Positions 54,681 through 61,727 of a stretch of 64,000 bases of DNA are shown piece by piece. The first letter of the stretch is position 1. Every line of letters begins with the position of its first letter. The translations under genes were made by a program, and so were the position numbers. Under the pieces are notes generated by a model, which worked only from the letters and a program-made list of their open reading frames with translations, did no database searches and had not been told where the DNA came from. The DNA lies in the sequence record PP355766.1, one strand, 5' to 3'.

Positions 54681-55107
54681 CTGAATTTTTCAATACTTTG
54701 GCTTCGGCACGCTTTCTTTTGTATTCGGCAGCTCCTTTTTCGAGTTCTGAATTAAGGTAGTCAACCATGGTATCCCACTTGCGATTTATCCAGTGACGAG
54801 TACCATAATGCGAGAATACCTGTACGGTATAGTCTACCGGACTGGCGTCTTTGACGCTATACCAGGCCTCAGGACTAAACTGCTTGAGATCGTCCAGCTG
54901 TGGAGTTGGCATATCCAGAGCTTTTTGATGGTACAGTTTTGTCAGGTCAAATACTTTCTGCTGGTAACGTTCATGGTCACGATAGTAACCAGAGAGTCGC
55001 TCCACTAGAGATTGGGCTGCTTCCAGATTACGAGAGGTTACAACGCAAATACGATCCGGCAACCCCTGCTCCATGAATTCATGTACTACACAATATCCGA
55101 GATCCAT
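54670..55107 (-). CDS. Early hypothetical protein
   Basis: 145 aa. Confidence 0.75.
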   Translation of the reverse strand: MDLGYCVVHEFMEQGLPDRICVVTSRNLEAAQSLVERLSGYYRDHERYQQKVFDLTKLYHQKALDMPTPQLDDLKQFSPEAWYSVKDASPVDYTVQVFSHYGTRHWINRKWDTMVDYLNSELEKGAAEYKRKRAEAKVLKNSVAL

Positions 55108-55108
55108 A

Positions 55109-55318
55109 TTAACAGCTCCAGCTACACTTAGGACACGGGCAGGACAGTGCGTGTACGCACATCTTGCCGTTCTTATCTACACCAGTACCATGACATTTGG
55201 TACATGCTGCGTGTAAACACACCGGTCGTTGCTCTTCTACTAACTTCTTAATAAACGGAGCGCTTTCAACCATTTTGCACAATTCTTCGTGAGAGTATCC
55301 AAGACCTGTACTAATCAT
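55109..55318 (-). CDS. Cys-rich small protein
   Basis: CTKCHGTG…C..CPCPKC. Confidence 0.7.
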   Translation of the reverse strand: MISTGLGYSHEELCKMVESAPFIKKLVEEQRPVCLHAACTKCHGTGVDKNGKMCVHALSCPCPKCSWSC

Positions 55319-55647
55319 TTTCTACCTCTGCGTTTCGGAGTGGGCCAGGAATTAGTCTTGCCGTGAGTAACCTCCTGGCGGGAGCTACGTGGCATAAAGT
55401 TATTACCAATCGGATGTTCGTGTTCCATTTCCCGAGCGTAGGATTCTAACTCTAGAAAGCTGGCTTGGGACTCTCGTTCCATTCTTTCTAGGTCAGTGAA
55501 GCTGGGAAATCCGCCGATGCCGCCGTAGCCAATAAGCATTATTTTCGGCACCTCGACATTACGTTCTTCCAGTCGTTTACGAACAAGTTCTATTGCTTCC
55601 CGAGCAATTTTATCGTCCATTACGTTCCTCCTTCGGTAAGTAATCAT
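55315..55647 (-). CDS. Early hypothetical protein
   Basis: About 100 aa; AGGAGG RBS near MDDKIA. Confidence 0.7.
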   Translation of the reverse strand: MITYRRRNVMDDKIAREAIELVRKRLEERNVEVPKIMLIGYGGIGGFPSFTDLERMERESQASFLELESYAREMEHEHPIGNNFMPRSSRQEVTHGKTNSWPTPKRRGRK

Positions 55648-55876
55648 GCAGCTCTACATAAGAGATGTTCTTTCTTTCTTTATACTCTGGCTTACCATAC
55701 ATACCGTGCACTTCTACCACTTTGGCGCGACGAGGATTATTAAACATAACGTTTCCCGGTATGACCACTACATCACCTATCTCTGGCGAGTATTTCCAAT
55801 AACTAGGTACGCGGTAAACATACGTTCTGTTACTGTTGGGGAATTTAATTCCAACGTGGCGAATAGTTGAAGCCAT
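55610..55876 (-). CDS. Early hypothetical protein (SH3-like beta pattern)
   Basis: VGIKF…YVY…IGDVVV; start uncertain. Confidence 0.65.
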   Translation of the reverse strand: MASTIRHVGIKFPNSNRTYVYRVPSYWKYSPEIGDVVVIPGNVMFNNPRRAKVVEVHGMYGKPEYKERKNISYVELHDYLPKEERNGR

Positions 55877-56225
55877 GATACAGAGCCTTAGCCGCCTGCC
55901 GCGGCATGTTAAGTTTTTCAGCCAGTTCAGACCAGAAGTCTTTACCACTAACCATGTTATATGCTACGATGTTCCCATCGAAATCTTTGAGACGCTCGGC
56001 CTCTGCCTCTAAAGCTGGTCGGTTCTTCTCAACTTCGAGCTGAAACTCATTCAGACGCATGAAGTTGCTCTTGTCGCCTAGAAAACGGACGTAGGCTCCG
56101 GCAACACCATCTATTGAGGAAGCACCGCATTTACAAGTCTGCATCTTGTGATCGACCAGCTCCAGGGTGTCACGGCAGCATTTTACGAAATATACAACTT
56201 TACTCATAATCATTATATCCTTCAA
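55845..56225 (-). CDS. Cys-containing hypothetical protein
   Basis: 126 aa; CC…CKCG. Confidence 0.7.
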   Translation of the reverse strand: MKDIMIMSKVVYFVKCCRDTLELVDHKMQTCKCGASSIDGVAGAYVRFLGDKSNFMRLNEFQLEVEKNRPALEAEAERLKDFDGNIVAYNMVSGKDFWSELAEKLNMPRQAAKALYHGFNYSPRWN

Positions 56226-56427
56226 CTGTAAACCAGCGTTTAACTTGTGTGAAGCTCACCCAAATGCCCTCATTTGCGTCGCTTCGTACTTTGTAGCCTG
56301 CTCTACTATCATGTAGCTCGACGAAGTAGAGCTTACCTGGGGTGAAGTATTGAAACTTGTGGCCTCCAACAATTTTATACTGAAGGCCAACTCCAGGGGT
56401 GAAGCGTAAGAGACTAGCTTTCACCAT
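56200..56427 (-). CDS. Early hypothetical protein
   Basis: 75 aa from ATG 56427 (GGAG RBS). Confidence 0.65.
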   Translation of the reverse strand: MVKASLLRFTPGVGLQYKIVGGHKFQYFTPGKLYFVELHDSRAGYKVRSDANEGIWVSFTQVKRWFTVEGYNDYE

Positions 56428-56956
56428 ATTTCTTCTCCAAACGTTTTTCACGCAGCTCAGCTTTTCTCTTAGCTACACGTTCCCGCAGTGTGCCGTGTTC
56501 TTTCTCATAGCGCAGGTGATGCTTGTTAAAATCACGCTTCATACGAACAGTATGCCAGTACTCTTGGCTAGCAATGAAGATAGCCGGGCGAGACAGCCTA
56601 GGAACATCGTATAGCTCAAACATGCGTGCCATTTCTTTATATTCGGCGTAGTTCATAACTCGATCGCCAGGGGCAATCTGATTATCCCAAACCCACTTTT
56701 CGTGATCCCAATCCGTATAGAACGCTCTGATAACGCCAGGGGTTACTTCAATTTCGTACCACGCTGTCTTAGACACACGATCGTGATACAGCCCTGGGCG
56801 GTTGAATACGGGGTTTCGCTCTTTTTCTCGCCAATCATAGAACGTACCGTCTAGTGCTTGCTCAACAGTGCGTCGAGTTGCCTTGCCCCAGATGTAGAAG
56901 GAATCAACAAGGCTAGAACGAAAGACTCGGATACCACGTAGAGATTGCTTATTCAT
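56414..56956 (-). CDS. Early hypothetical protein
   Basis: 180 aa. Confidence 0.75.
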   Translation of the reverse strand: MNKQSLRGIRVFRSSLVDSFYIWGKATRRTVEQALDGTFYDWREKERNPVFNRPGLYHDRVSKTAWYEIEVTPGVIRAFYTDWDHEKWVWDNQIAPGDRVMNYAEYKEMARMFELYDVPRLSRPAIFIASQEYWHTVRMKRDFNKHHLRYEKEHGTLRERVAKRKAELREKRLEKKYGES

Positions 56957-57228
56957 TATTTAATCCCCAATGCGAGAAGATGGTTAGACAGCTTATCCAG
57001 GGCTTCCAGAGCAGCTTTGTTGTTTTCACTCAAGTTGCTAATAGTCTTCTGGAGACTATCAATAACAAAGTCCCGAACTGCTAACTCCGCAGCAATCGCA
57101 GACTTACTATTAAGCCCTTCGGCGGTCATTGCGTTGACGTGTCGGGTATAATAACCACCAGCGAAATCCAGCTCGTCAATAGCACGTTCGGCGTAATGCA
57201 ATTCATTCAGTTCATTGAGTTCGTTCAT
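56956..57228 (-). CDS. Early coiled-coil protein
   Basis: 90 aa; AAGGAG RBS. Confidence 0.75.
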   Translation of the reverse strand: MNELNELNELHYAERAIDELDFAGGYYTRHVNAMTAEGLNSKSAIAAELAVRDFVIDSLQKTISNLSENNKAALEALDKLSNHLLALGIK

Positions 57229-57231
57229 TGA

Positions 57232-57450
57232 TTACTCCTTATCCATCATTTCGAGGCGTTCTTTGACGTATACCAGTCTGTTGTGCTGTTCTTTCGCTAA
57301 CTCTGCTAATCGGTAAATATCGGCCACTAACTGCATTGTGTGGTCGTCCATACCCTCAGGTGGAAGCGTATCTGCATACGCAGTACAGATAGCGATAAAC
57401 TCTTCTGTGTTTTCCATTGTTACTTTCATCTTGGAAACCTCTCTCATCAA
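57232..57450 (-). CDS. Early hypothetical protein
   Basis: About 65-72 aa; first gene after the promoter. Confidence 0.7.
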   Translation of the reverse strand: MMREVSKMKVTMENTEEFIAICTAYADTLPPEGMDDHTMQLVADIYRLAELAKEQHNRLVYVKERLEMMDKE

Positions 57451-57461
57451 TTTATAAATCT

Positions 57462-57490
57462 ATTATACGGCAAAATTGGCATTTTTGCAA
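57462..57490 (-). promoter_or_regulatory. T5-type early promoter
   Basis: TTGCAA-N17-TATAATAGATT. Confidence 0.85.
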
Positions 57491-57505
57491 GTGAATTTAT
57501 AAAGA

Positions 57506-57539
57506 AAAAGCCCCTCGCTCAAAGAGACAAGGGGCTTTT
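57506..57539. terminator. Terminator
   Basis: AAAAGCCCCT/AGGGGCTTTT. Confidence 0.8.
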
Positions 57540-57541
57540 GT

Positions 57542-57712
57542 TTAGAGGTCAGGAGGTGCCTCAGTATTCTTTTCTGGTTGTTGACGATATTTAACCGGGA
57601 TCATATCATATAGCATTTCAATCGATGTAAATGTGAATGGTACCCGCACATTAGATGGCGTAGTCAGAATCAGCAGTTGACGCTTTTCATCGATTTCTAT
57701 ACAGTTAGACAT
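57542..57712 (-). CDS. Microprotein (56 aa)
   Basis: MSNCIEIDEKRQLLIL…; GAGG RBS; hand-translated. Confidence 0.6.
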   Translation of the reverse strand: MSNCIEIDEKRQLLILTTPSNVRVPFTFTSIEMLYDMIPVKYRQQPEKNTEAPPDL

Positions 57713-57872
57713 CTTGACGATCCTCTTCTAAGGATTTTTGTGCTCTCAGAACAATCTGGTTTATTTGCTCCAGAGAGTCGAAGGAAAGTTGCAGGCCATG
57801 ACCTTCATCGGTGGCCTGTATAAATAAAATTCTCTTAGAGGCGTCTACGAAGACTTGAAATTCTTGTTCCAC
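57705..57872 (-). CDS. Microprotein (55 aa)
   Basis: GTG start, MEQEFQVFVDASKRIL…; GGAG RBS; hand-translated. Confidence 0.6.
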   Translation of the reverse strand: MEQEFQVFVDASKRILFIQATDEGHGLQLSFDSLEQINQIVLRAQKSLEEDRQDV

Positions 57873-57873
57873 T

Positions 57874-58254
57874 TTATTCTCCAAAAATTATTACAGGACA
57901 CTGGTTTTCTCTGGCTATACGAGAGACGTAACCATTTGCGCCATGCTTAATAGCCAAGCTAGGTTCGTCAAACATAATGCAGCTGAATCGACGACCTATA
58001 CGGTAGGGTTCTAACATGCTATACGTTGTAATTTTAACATGAGGTTGAAGCTCATTATACTTCTTCTCTAGGCGTGCCATTTCACGGACACCGGATGCTA
58101 CGTATACTGCTTGAATACCTTTAAATACTGCAAACTCATAGGCTGTATTAATAGCCTCAAACGTCTTGCCAGTAGCTCGTCCCGGATTGACTGATAGAGG
58201 CCAACGAAGGTCAAGCTCTAGGAACCGGAACAGTTGGTTACGATCTATGTACAT
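57874..58254 (-). CDS. Minimal P-loop-like protein
   Basis: GRATGKT and CIMFDE in 126 aa. Confidence 0.7.
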   Translation of the reverse strand: MYIDRNQLFRFLELDLRWPLSVNPGRATGKTFEAINTAYEFAVFKGIQAVYVASGVREMARLEKKYNELQPHVKITTYSMLEPYRIGRRFSCIMFDEPSLAIKHGANGYVSRIARENQCPVIIFGE

Positions 58255-58607
58255 GCTGGCTCCTTAAACCAAACAATGCGAAAACCTGTCTCGTCCTCTA
58301 GAGCCTGTACAATTTGCTCCAGTGTCAGAACTTTATCGGATGAGAATGTCCAAAGAAACTGTTGGAGTTCATTCCAGGACTCGGCCTCCATAATCGGAAC
58401 ACCGATTTCCTGGACGAAATAATCATCAGTACCACGAACGTCAATACGACCACCGGCGTATCGTTTGGCAAATACTTTTCGAGTTAGCTGCCCGCCATCT
58501 GCAAAACGATTCGGCTCGGTTACTTCCGTATACGGAATACCCATACGGATGTACCAATTGTTGGAGACTGGCCCCATAAAATTGGTGCTATAAGTGATCA
58601 TGATCAC
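58245..58607 (-). CDS. Hypothetical protein
   Basis: 120 aa; AAGGAG RBS. Confidence 0.75.
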   Translation of the reverse strand: MIMITYSTNFMGPVSNNWYIRMGIPYTEVTEPNRFADGGQLTRKVFAKRYAGGRIDVRGTDDYFVQEIGVPIMEAESWNELQQFLWTFSSDKVLTLEQIVQALEDETGFRIVWFKEPACT

Positions 58608-58617
58608 TCCTTTAAAC

Positions 58618-58694
58618 TGGCAAACCCCAGGAGACTCGAACTCCTACTGCACGGTTTTGGAGACCGGCGTGCTGTCCAGTAACACTCGGGGAAT
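58618..58694 (-). tRNA. tRNA-Trp(CCA), atypical acceptor stem
   Basis: Anticodon loop CT-CCA-AA, T arm AGGAG-TTCGAGT-CTCCT, encoded CCA; two T:T mismatches in the acceptor stem. Confidence 0.7.
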
Positions 58695-58698
58695 AAAG

Positions 58699-58890
58699 TT
58701 AGCTACCGTGGTAGACAGATACCGTCTTACCATTCTGATTCATAACGTAGGCTACCTCATCTTCTTTCAAGAAGATATGCTGATCAAGACCAGCAATAGA
58801 GATGCTCTTCTGCTTAGGGTTAAACCCAACGCTTGAACCATCGTGAATTTCTTCGCCACCGCTCGGTGACATTACTTTAACTGTTAACAT
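58699..58890 (-). CDS. Hypothetical protein (63 aa)
   Basis: AGGAG RBS. Confidence 0.7.
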   Translation of the reverse strand: MLTVKVMSPSGGEEIHDGSSVGFNPKQKSISIAGLDQHIFLKEDEVAYVMNQNGKTVSVYHGS

Positions 58891-59008
58891 TTGCTTCTCC
58901 TATAGTTTGCCATCTCTGGCTGTTAAGTGACGTCCTGACTATCCTAGAGTCGAGTTCCAGGCAGACGTCGGCACCCCGGACTACATAGGCTCTAGAACAG
59001 CAAATAAT

Positions 59009-59110
59009 TTAAGAGCTAAACATACTAAGACGTAGCGCACGCACACGATCTACGCAGGCTTCCATCTCAGCTAAGAGTGAGAACACTAGTTCTGCATCAA
59101 AGGCTTTCAT
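59009..59110 (-). CDS. Microprotein (33 aa, MKAFDAELVFSLLAEMEAC…)
   Basis: GAGGT RBS; hand-translated. Confidence 0.55.
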   Translation of the reverse strand: MKAFDAELVFSLLAEMEACVDRVRALRLSMFSS

Positions 59111-59209
59111 TGTTGTACCTCTCAAGTAGTATAGATAAAATGGCCTTACCGGCTCCCAGTTCCTTGTTTAATTCCCCGCAACGTCAGGGGACGGTCATTT
59201 TACCGAATT

Positions 59210-59285
59210 TGGAGCGACTAGGGGGAATCGAACCCCACTCAGTACCGCTTGGAAGGCGGACGCTGTAACCCGTACAGTTAATCGC
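59210..59285 (-). tRNA. tRNA-Gly(TCC)
   Basis: Acceptor GCGATTA/TAGTCGC, loop CT-TCC-AA, TTCGATT, CCA. Confidence 0.8.
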
Positions 59286-59288
59286 AAA

Positions 59289-59381
59289 TTATTTTATTAC
59301 GCAAGTGCAACCGCCCGAGAATATAGACCCGTAACACTTGTCGCACATAATGTCTTCTATTTTAAGAACTTTAAATCTCAT
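59289..59381 (-). CDS. Cys-rich microprotein (30 aa)
   Basis: MRFKVLKIEDIMCDKCYGSIFSGGCTCVIK; RBS weak. Confidence 0.45.
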   Translation of the reverse strand: MRFKVLKIEDIMCDKCYGSIFSGGCTCVIK

Positions 59382-59409
59382 AGAGAGTTATTACCTGTAG
59401 TAATATTTA

Positions 59410-59482
59410 TGGTGCTGGCTTCCGGAATTGAACCGGAATTTAACGACAATGTAAACTTAATCACACTGTAACCATAACCAGC
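59410..59482 (-). pseudogene. tRNA-like element: intact acceptor and T arms, degenerate D and anticodon arms
   Basis: GCTGGTT/AGCCAGC-A-CCA; TCCGG-TTCAATT-CCGGA; no pairing anticodon stem. Confidence 0.65.
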
Positions 59483-59488
59483 AAAAAA

Positions 59489-59564
59489 TGGTGCCCCAAG
59501 TAGGAATCGAACCCACGACCTACCGCTTACAAGGCGGTTGCTCTCCCGGCTGAGCTATTGAGGC
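59489..59564 (-). tRNA. tRNA-Thr(TGT)
   Basis: Canonical cloverleaf, CT-TGT-AA, CCA. Confidence 0.95.
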
Positions 59565-59569
59565 AAGAT

Positions 59570-59646
59570 TGGTCTCCCCTAAGTGATTTGAACACTTGAC
59601 CTGACGCTCCCAAAGCGCCCGCTCTGCCAGACTGAGCTAAGGGGAA
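59570..59646 (-). tRNA. tRNA-Pro(TGG)
   Basis: Canonical cloverleaf, TT-TGG-GA, CCA. Confidence 0.93.
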
Positions 59647-59651
59647 GAATA

Positions 59652-59731
59652 TGGCGGAGTTGCTACTTAAAGCGTTTCACGTACTATCGTTGCTCGTCAT
59701 GCTCTAGCAGAATATGACAGCGAAAACCCCG
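59652..59731 (-). ncRNA. CCA-ending small RNA with acceptor-like stem
   Basis: CGGGGTT/AACTCCG followed by CCA; internal GTCAT/ATGAC hairpin; no T arm. Confidence 0.4.
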
Positions 59732-59896
59732 TTATAAAGTATACATACGATTTAACACTTCAGCATTTGGCCGCATAGACTCCGCCTCTTTTTGAAATTG
59801 TTCATCCAGTAATTTCAGGCGTTTTCTAAGCATGTCCTGATCCTTTTCAGTCAGGACGACGTTTTTAGATATTTCAAATAGCTCCTGAAGTGTCAT
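59732..59896 (-). CDS. Microprotein (54 aa, MTLQELFEISKN…)
   Basis: GAGG RBS-like sequence in the tRNA-Leu 3' end; hand-translated. Confidence 0.6.
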   Translation of the reverse strand: MTLQELFEISKNVVLTEKDQDMLRKRLKLLDEQFQKEAESMRPNAEVLNRMYTL

Positions 59897-59900
59897 AGTT

Positions 59901-59986
59901 TGGTACCTCTGGAGGGACTCGAACCCTCAATCATTTAAGCGCCACGTTTTAAGCATGGTGTGTATTTCCAGTTCCACCACAGAGGT
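59901..59986 (-). tRNA. tRNA-Leu(TAA)
   Basis: Class II with long variable arm, CT-TAA-AA, CCA. Confidence 0.93.
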
Positions 59987-59994
59987 AAAATACG

Positions 59995-60333
59995 TTAGCG
60001 TAGCTCTAAGCCCTGGAAGTAGCGAGGGAACGGGCTGCCTACTTCAAAGCTGATCCCCCAGTTGAGTTCCACCAGCTCTGACTTATCCAAAAGCAGGTCA
60101 TTGCCTTCAAAGATGTAACCGTATACAGTTGGGAACATCGCTGCTAGATCTTCCATATTGGAATAAGCATTATGCTCTTCACGGAATTGCTCAAACTCTT
60201 CAAAGAACTTCTCAAGGAAGAACTCTGGTACAATGAACGTTACAACGTCAGTGCTGTCATCGATACGATAGACCGTTGCCTGGAATAAGCCGACACCGAC
60301 CAGGTTGATAGCAGGAGTAGTAAAAATATCCAT
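59995..60333 (-). CDS. Acidic hypothetical protein
   Basis: 112 aa. Confidence 0.75.
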   Translation of the reverse strand: MDIFTTPAINLVGVGLFQATVYRIDDSTDVVTFIVPEFFLEKFFEEFEQFREEHNAYSNMEDLAAMFPTVYGYIFEGNDLLLDKSELVELNWGISFEVGSPFPRYFQGLELR

Positions 60334-60335
60334 TA

Positions 60336-60530
60336 TTAATATACCTTGATTAAAGTGTTGTCGATGGTGTTCAGGAACTTAACTGCTGCATCTCTATTAG
60401 AGAATGTCTCCAGCACGATAATGTTGTTCTCAGGATCACCGTTGCGCACTCGTACCTGGTACGATACGATCACTTCCCAGCGGAACCATAAAGCTCGTGG
60501 ATTATATCGCATAAGAATTTTTTGGTTCAT
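60336..60530 (-). CDS. Hypothetical protein (64 aa)
   Basis: First gene after the promoter. Confidence 0.7.
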   Translation of the reverse strand: MNQKILMRYNPRALWFRWEVIVSYQVRVRNGDPENNIIVLETFSNRDAAVKFLNTIDNTLIKVY

Positions 60531-60561
60531 TAGGTAAGCCCTCTCATTAATTTATACAATT

Positions 60562-60590
60562 ATTATATTATAAATAAGAGCGTTTAGCAA
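60562..60590 (-). promoter_or_regulatory. T5-type early promoter
   Basis: AAAATTCAT-TTGCTA-N17-TATAAT. Confidence 0.85.
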
Positions 60591-60616
60591 ATGAATTTTA
60601 GAACTTTCGGGATATT

Positions 60617-60830
60617 GCCACCCTCAGTCGATGCCACTACTTGAGACGTTATAGGCAATCTATCTCAAGTTGTCTGCCCCATTGCTTTCAGTGATTTCTG
60701 CACGCAGAAATTCTTCTTGACTGGAGGACTTTACCACGTCAAACGGCCGGAAATCGGTGGCTTATTTTATCCTGTCACCCATCACCTGCTTGTCTGAGTT
60801 TAATCAGAGAGCCTGTAACGGGCTACTTGG
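60617..60830 (-). ncRNA. Candidate multibranch ncRNA
   Basis: GCCACC/GGTGGC closes three hairpins (ACTTGAGA/TCTCAAGT, ATTTCTGC/GCAGAAAT, TTGAC/GTCAA); no ORF. Confidence 0.55.
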
Positions 60831-60834
60831 GATT

Positions 60835-60969
60835 TGGAAGTATCAGTTGGATTCGAACCAACGCACCAGCTAACCTAGAGATCACCAGACGTTTCCAAGT
60901 CTGCTCACTAACGGCCAGCCGCTTTACCATGAGCCTTAGGACTATTCAGCTCCATAAGCTATTGATACT
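60835..60969 (-). ncRNA. 135-nt tRNA-like RNA with a branched insert in place of the anticodon loop
   Basis: Acceptor AGTATCA/TGATACT-T-CCA; T arm GTTGG-TTCGAAT-CCAAC; D-like AGCT-TATGG-AGCT; about 85-nt structured central arm. Confidence 0.75.
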
Positions 60970-60976
60970 ATTAATT

Positions 60977-61054
60977 TGGTGCAACCGGTTCGATTTGAAC
61001 GAACGACCCCTGGACTTTCAAACCAGTGCTCTCACCTCGCTGAGCTACAGTTGC
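60977..61054 (-). tRNA. tRNA-Phe(GAA)
   Basis: Cloverleaf, TT-GAA-AG, CCA. Confidence 0.9.
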
Positions 61055-61083
61055 GTAATTCATGCCTGCTCCTTTGAATCAAG

Positions 61084-61180
61084 AAGTCCACCCCGGTCTT
61101 TGGGTCTTTGCAGTACATCACGCTGCTCTGATGTTTGGTGGAACTTGGGAGACTACGTGTTACTCCCCTCACAGACCGGG
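61084..61180 (-). ncRNA. Candidate structured RNA between tRNA-Lys and tRNA-Phe
   Basis: CCCGGTCT/AGACCGGG closing helix with inner ACATCA/TGATGT and GGGAG/CTCCC hairpins. Confidence 0.45.
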
Positions 61181-61229
61181 ATTCCCCGCTATCCATGATG
61201 CTTAACCGATTAGCTGAAGTCCCATAATG

Positions 61230-61305
61230 TGGTAGACCGCCCGGGACTCGAACCCGGAACCTATCGCTTAAAAGGCGAGTGCTCTAACCATTGAGCTAGC
61301 GATCT
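61230..61305 (-). tRNA. tRNA-Lys(TTT)
   Basis: Cloverleaf, CT-TTT-AA, CCA. Confidence 0.95.
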
Positions 61306-61477
61306 ATGGATATGTTATTGTTACTGCACCGTTAAAGAGCTGTAACTCCCCCGTATTGCGGAGGTGAGATAATTGAAAGATATTTAAGTTATACTTCTCA
61401 GCAACTTCGCCCATAGTGGAGACGTAGAAGTTAAACCCCCTTACGTCTACTGTTACCACGTAATCTTTATCTTTCAT
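61304..61477 (-). CDS. Microprotein (57 aa, MKDKDYVVTVDV…)
   Basis: GAGGT RBS; start moved so it does not overlap tRNA-Cys. Confidence 0.6.
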   Translation of the reverse strand: MKDKDYVVTVDVRGFNFYVSTMGEVAEKYNLNIFQLSHLRNTGELQLFNGAVTITYP

Positions 61478-61490
61478 AAGTACCTCGATC

Positions 61491-61564
61491 TGGAGCACCA
61501 TCATGGATTTTAACCATGCTGCGAGGGTTTGCAAGCCTCTGCCTAGTCACTCGGCCAATGATGC
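61491..61564 (-). tRNA. tRNA-Cys(GCA)
   Basis: TT-GCA-AA, U73, CCA; unusual T loop TTAAAAT. Confidence 0.85.
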
Positions 61565-61644
61565 ATTGTTTAATTAGGGCGCACCGGAGTTCCACCGATT
61601 GCTAACGCTTCACCGCAACCTAAGTCGCTGTTCTTACCCTAAAT

Positions 61645-61722
61645 TGGCGGGAGAGGTGAGATTCGAACTCACTGTCATTCGCTTAACAGGCGACCGCCTA
61701 TACCACTTACTGCTTCTCTCCC
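61645..61722 (-). tRNA. tRNA-Asn(GTT)
   Basis: GGGAGAG/CTCTCCC, CT-GTT-AA, G73, CCA. Confidence 0.9.
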
Positions 61723-61727
61723 AAATA

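Noticed and set aside
58929-58969. GACGTC-closed hairpin as tmRNA or ribozyme
   Set aside because: Single short hairpin; no tRNA-like ends, tag ORF or catalytic core recognised
61478-61534. N-terminal extension of the 76-aa ORF in the track
   Set aside because: Overlaps tRNA-Cys; the downstream ATG at 61477 has the RBS
61574-61641. Degenerate tRNA-Leu(TAG)-like segment between Asn and Cys
   Set aside because: Only a 6-bp closing helix and a CT-TAG-GT loop; no D arm, canonical T loop or CCA
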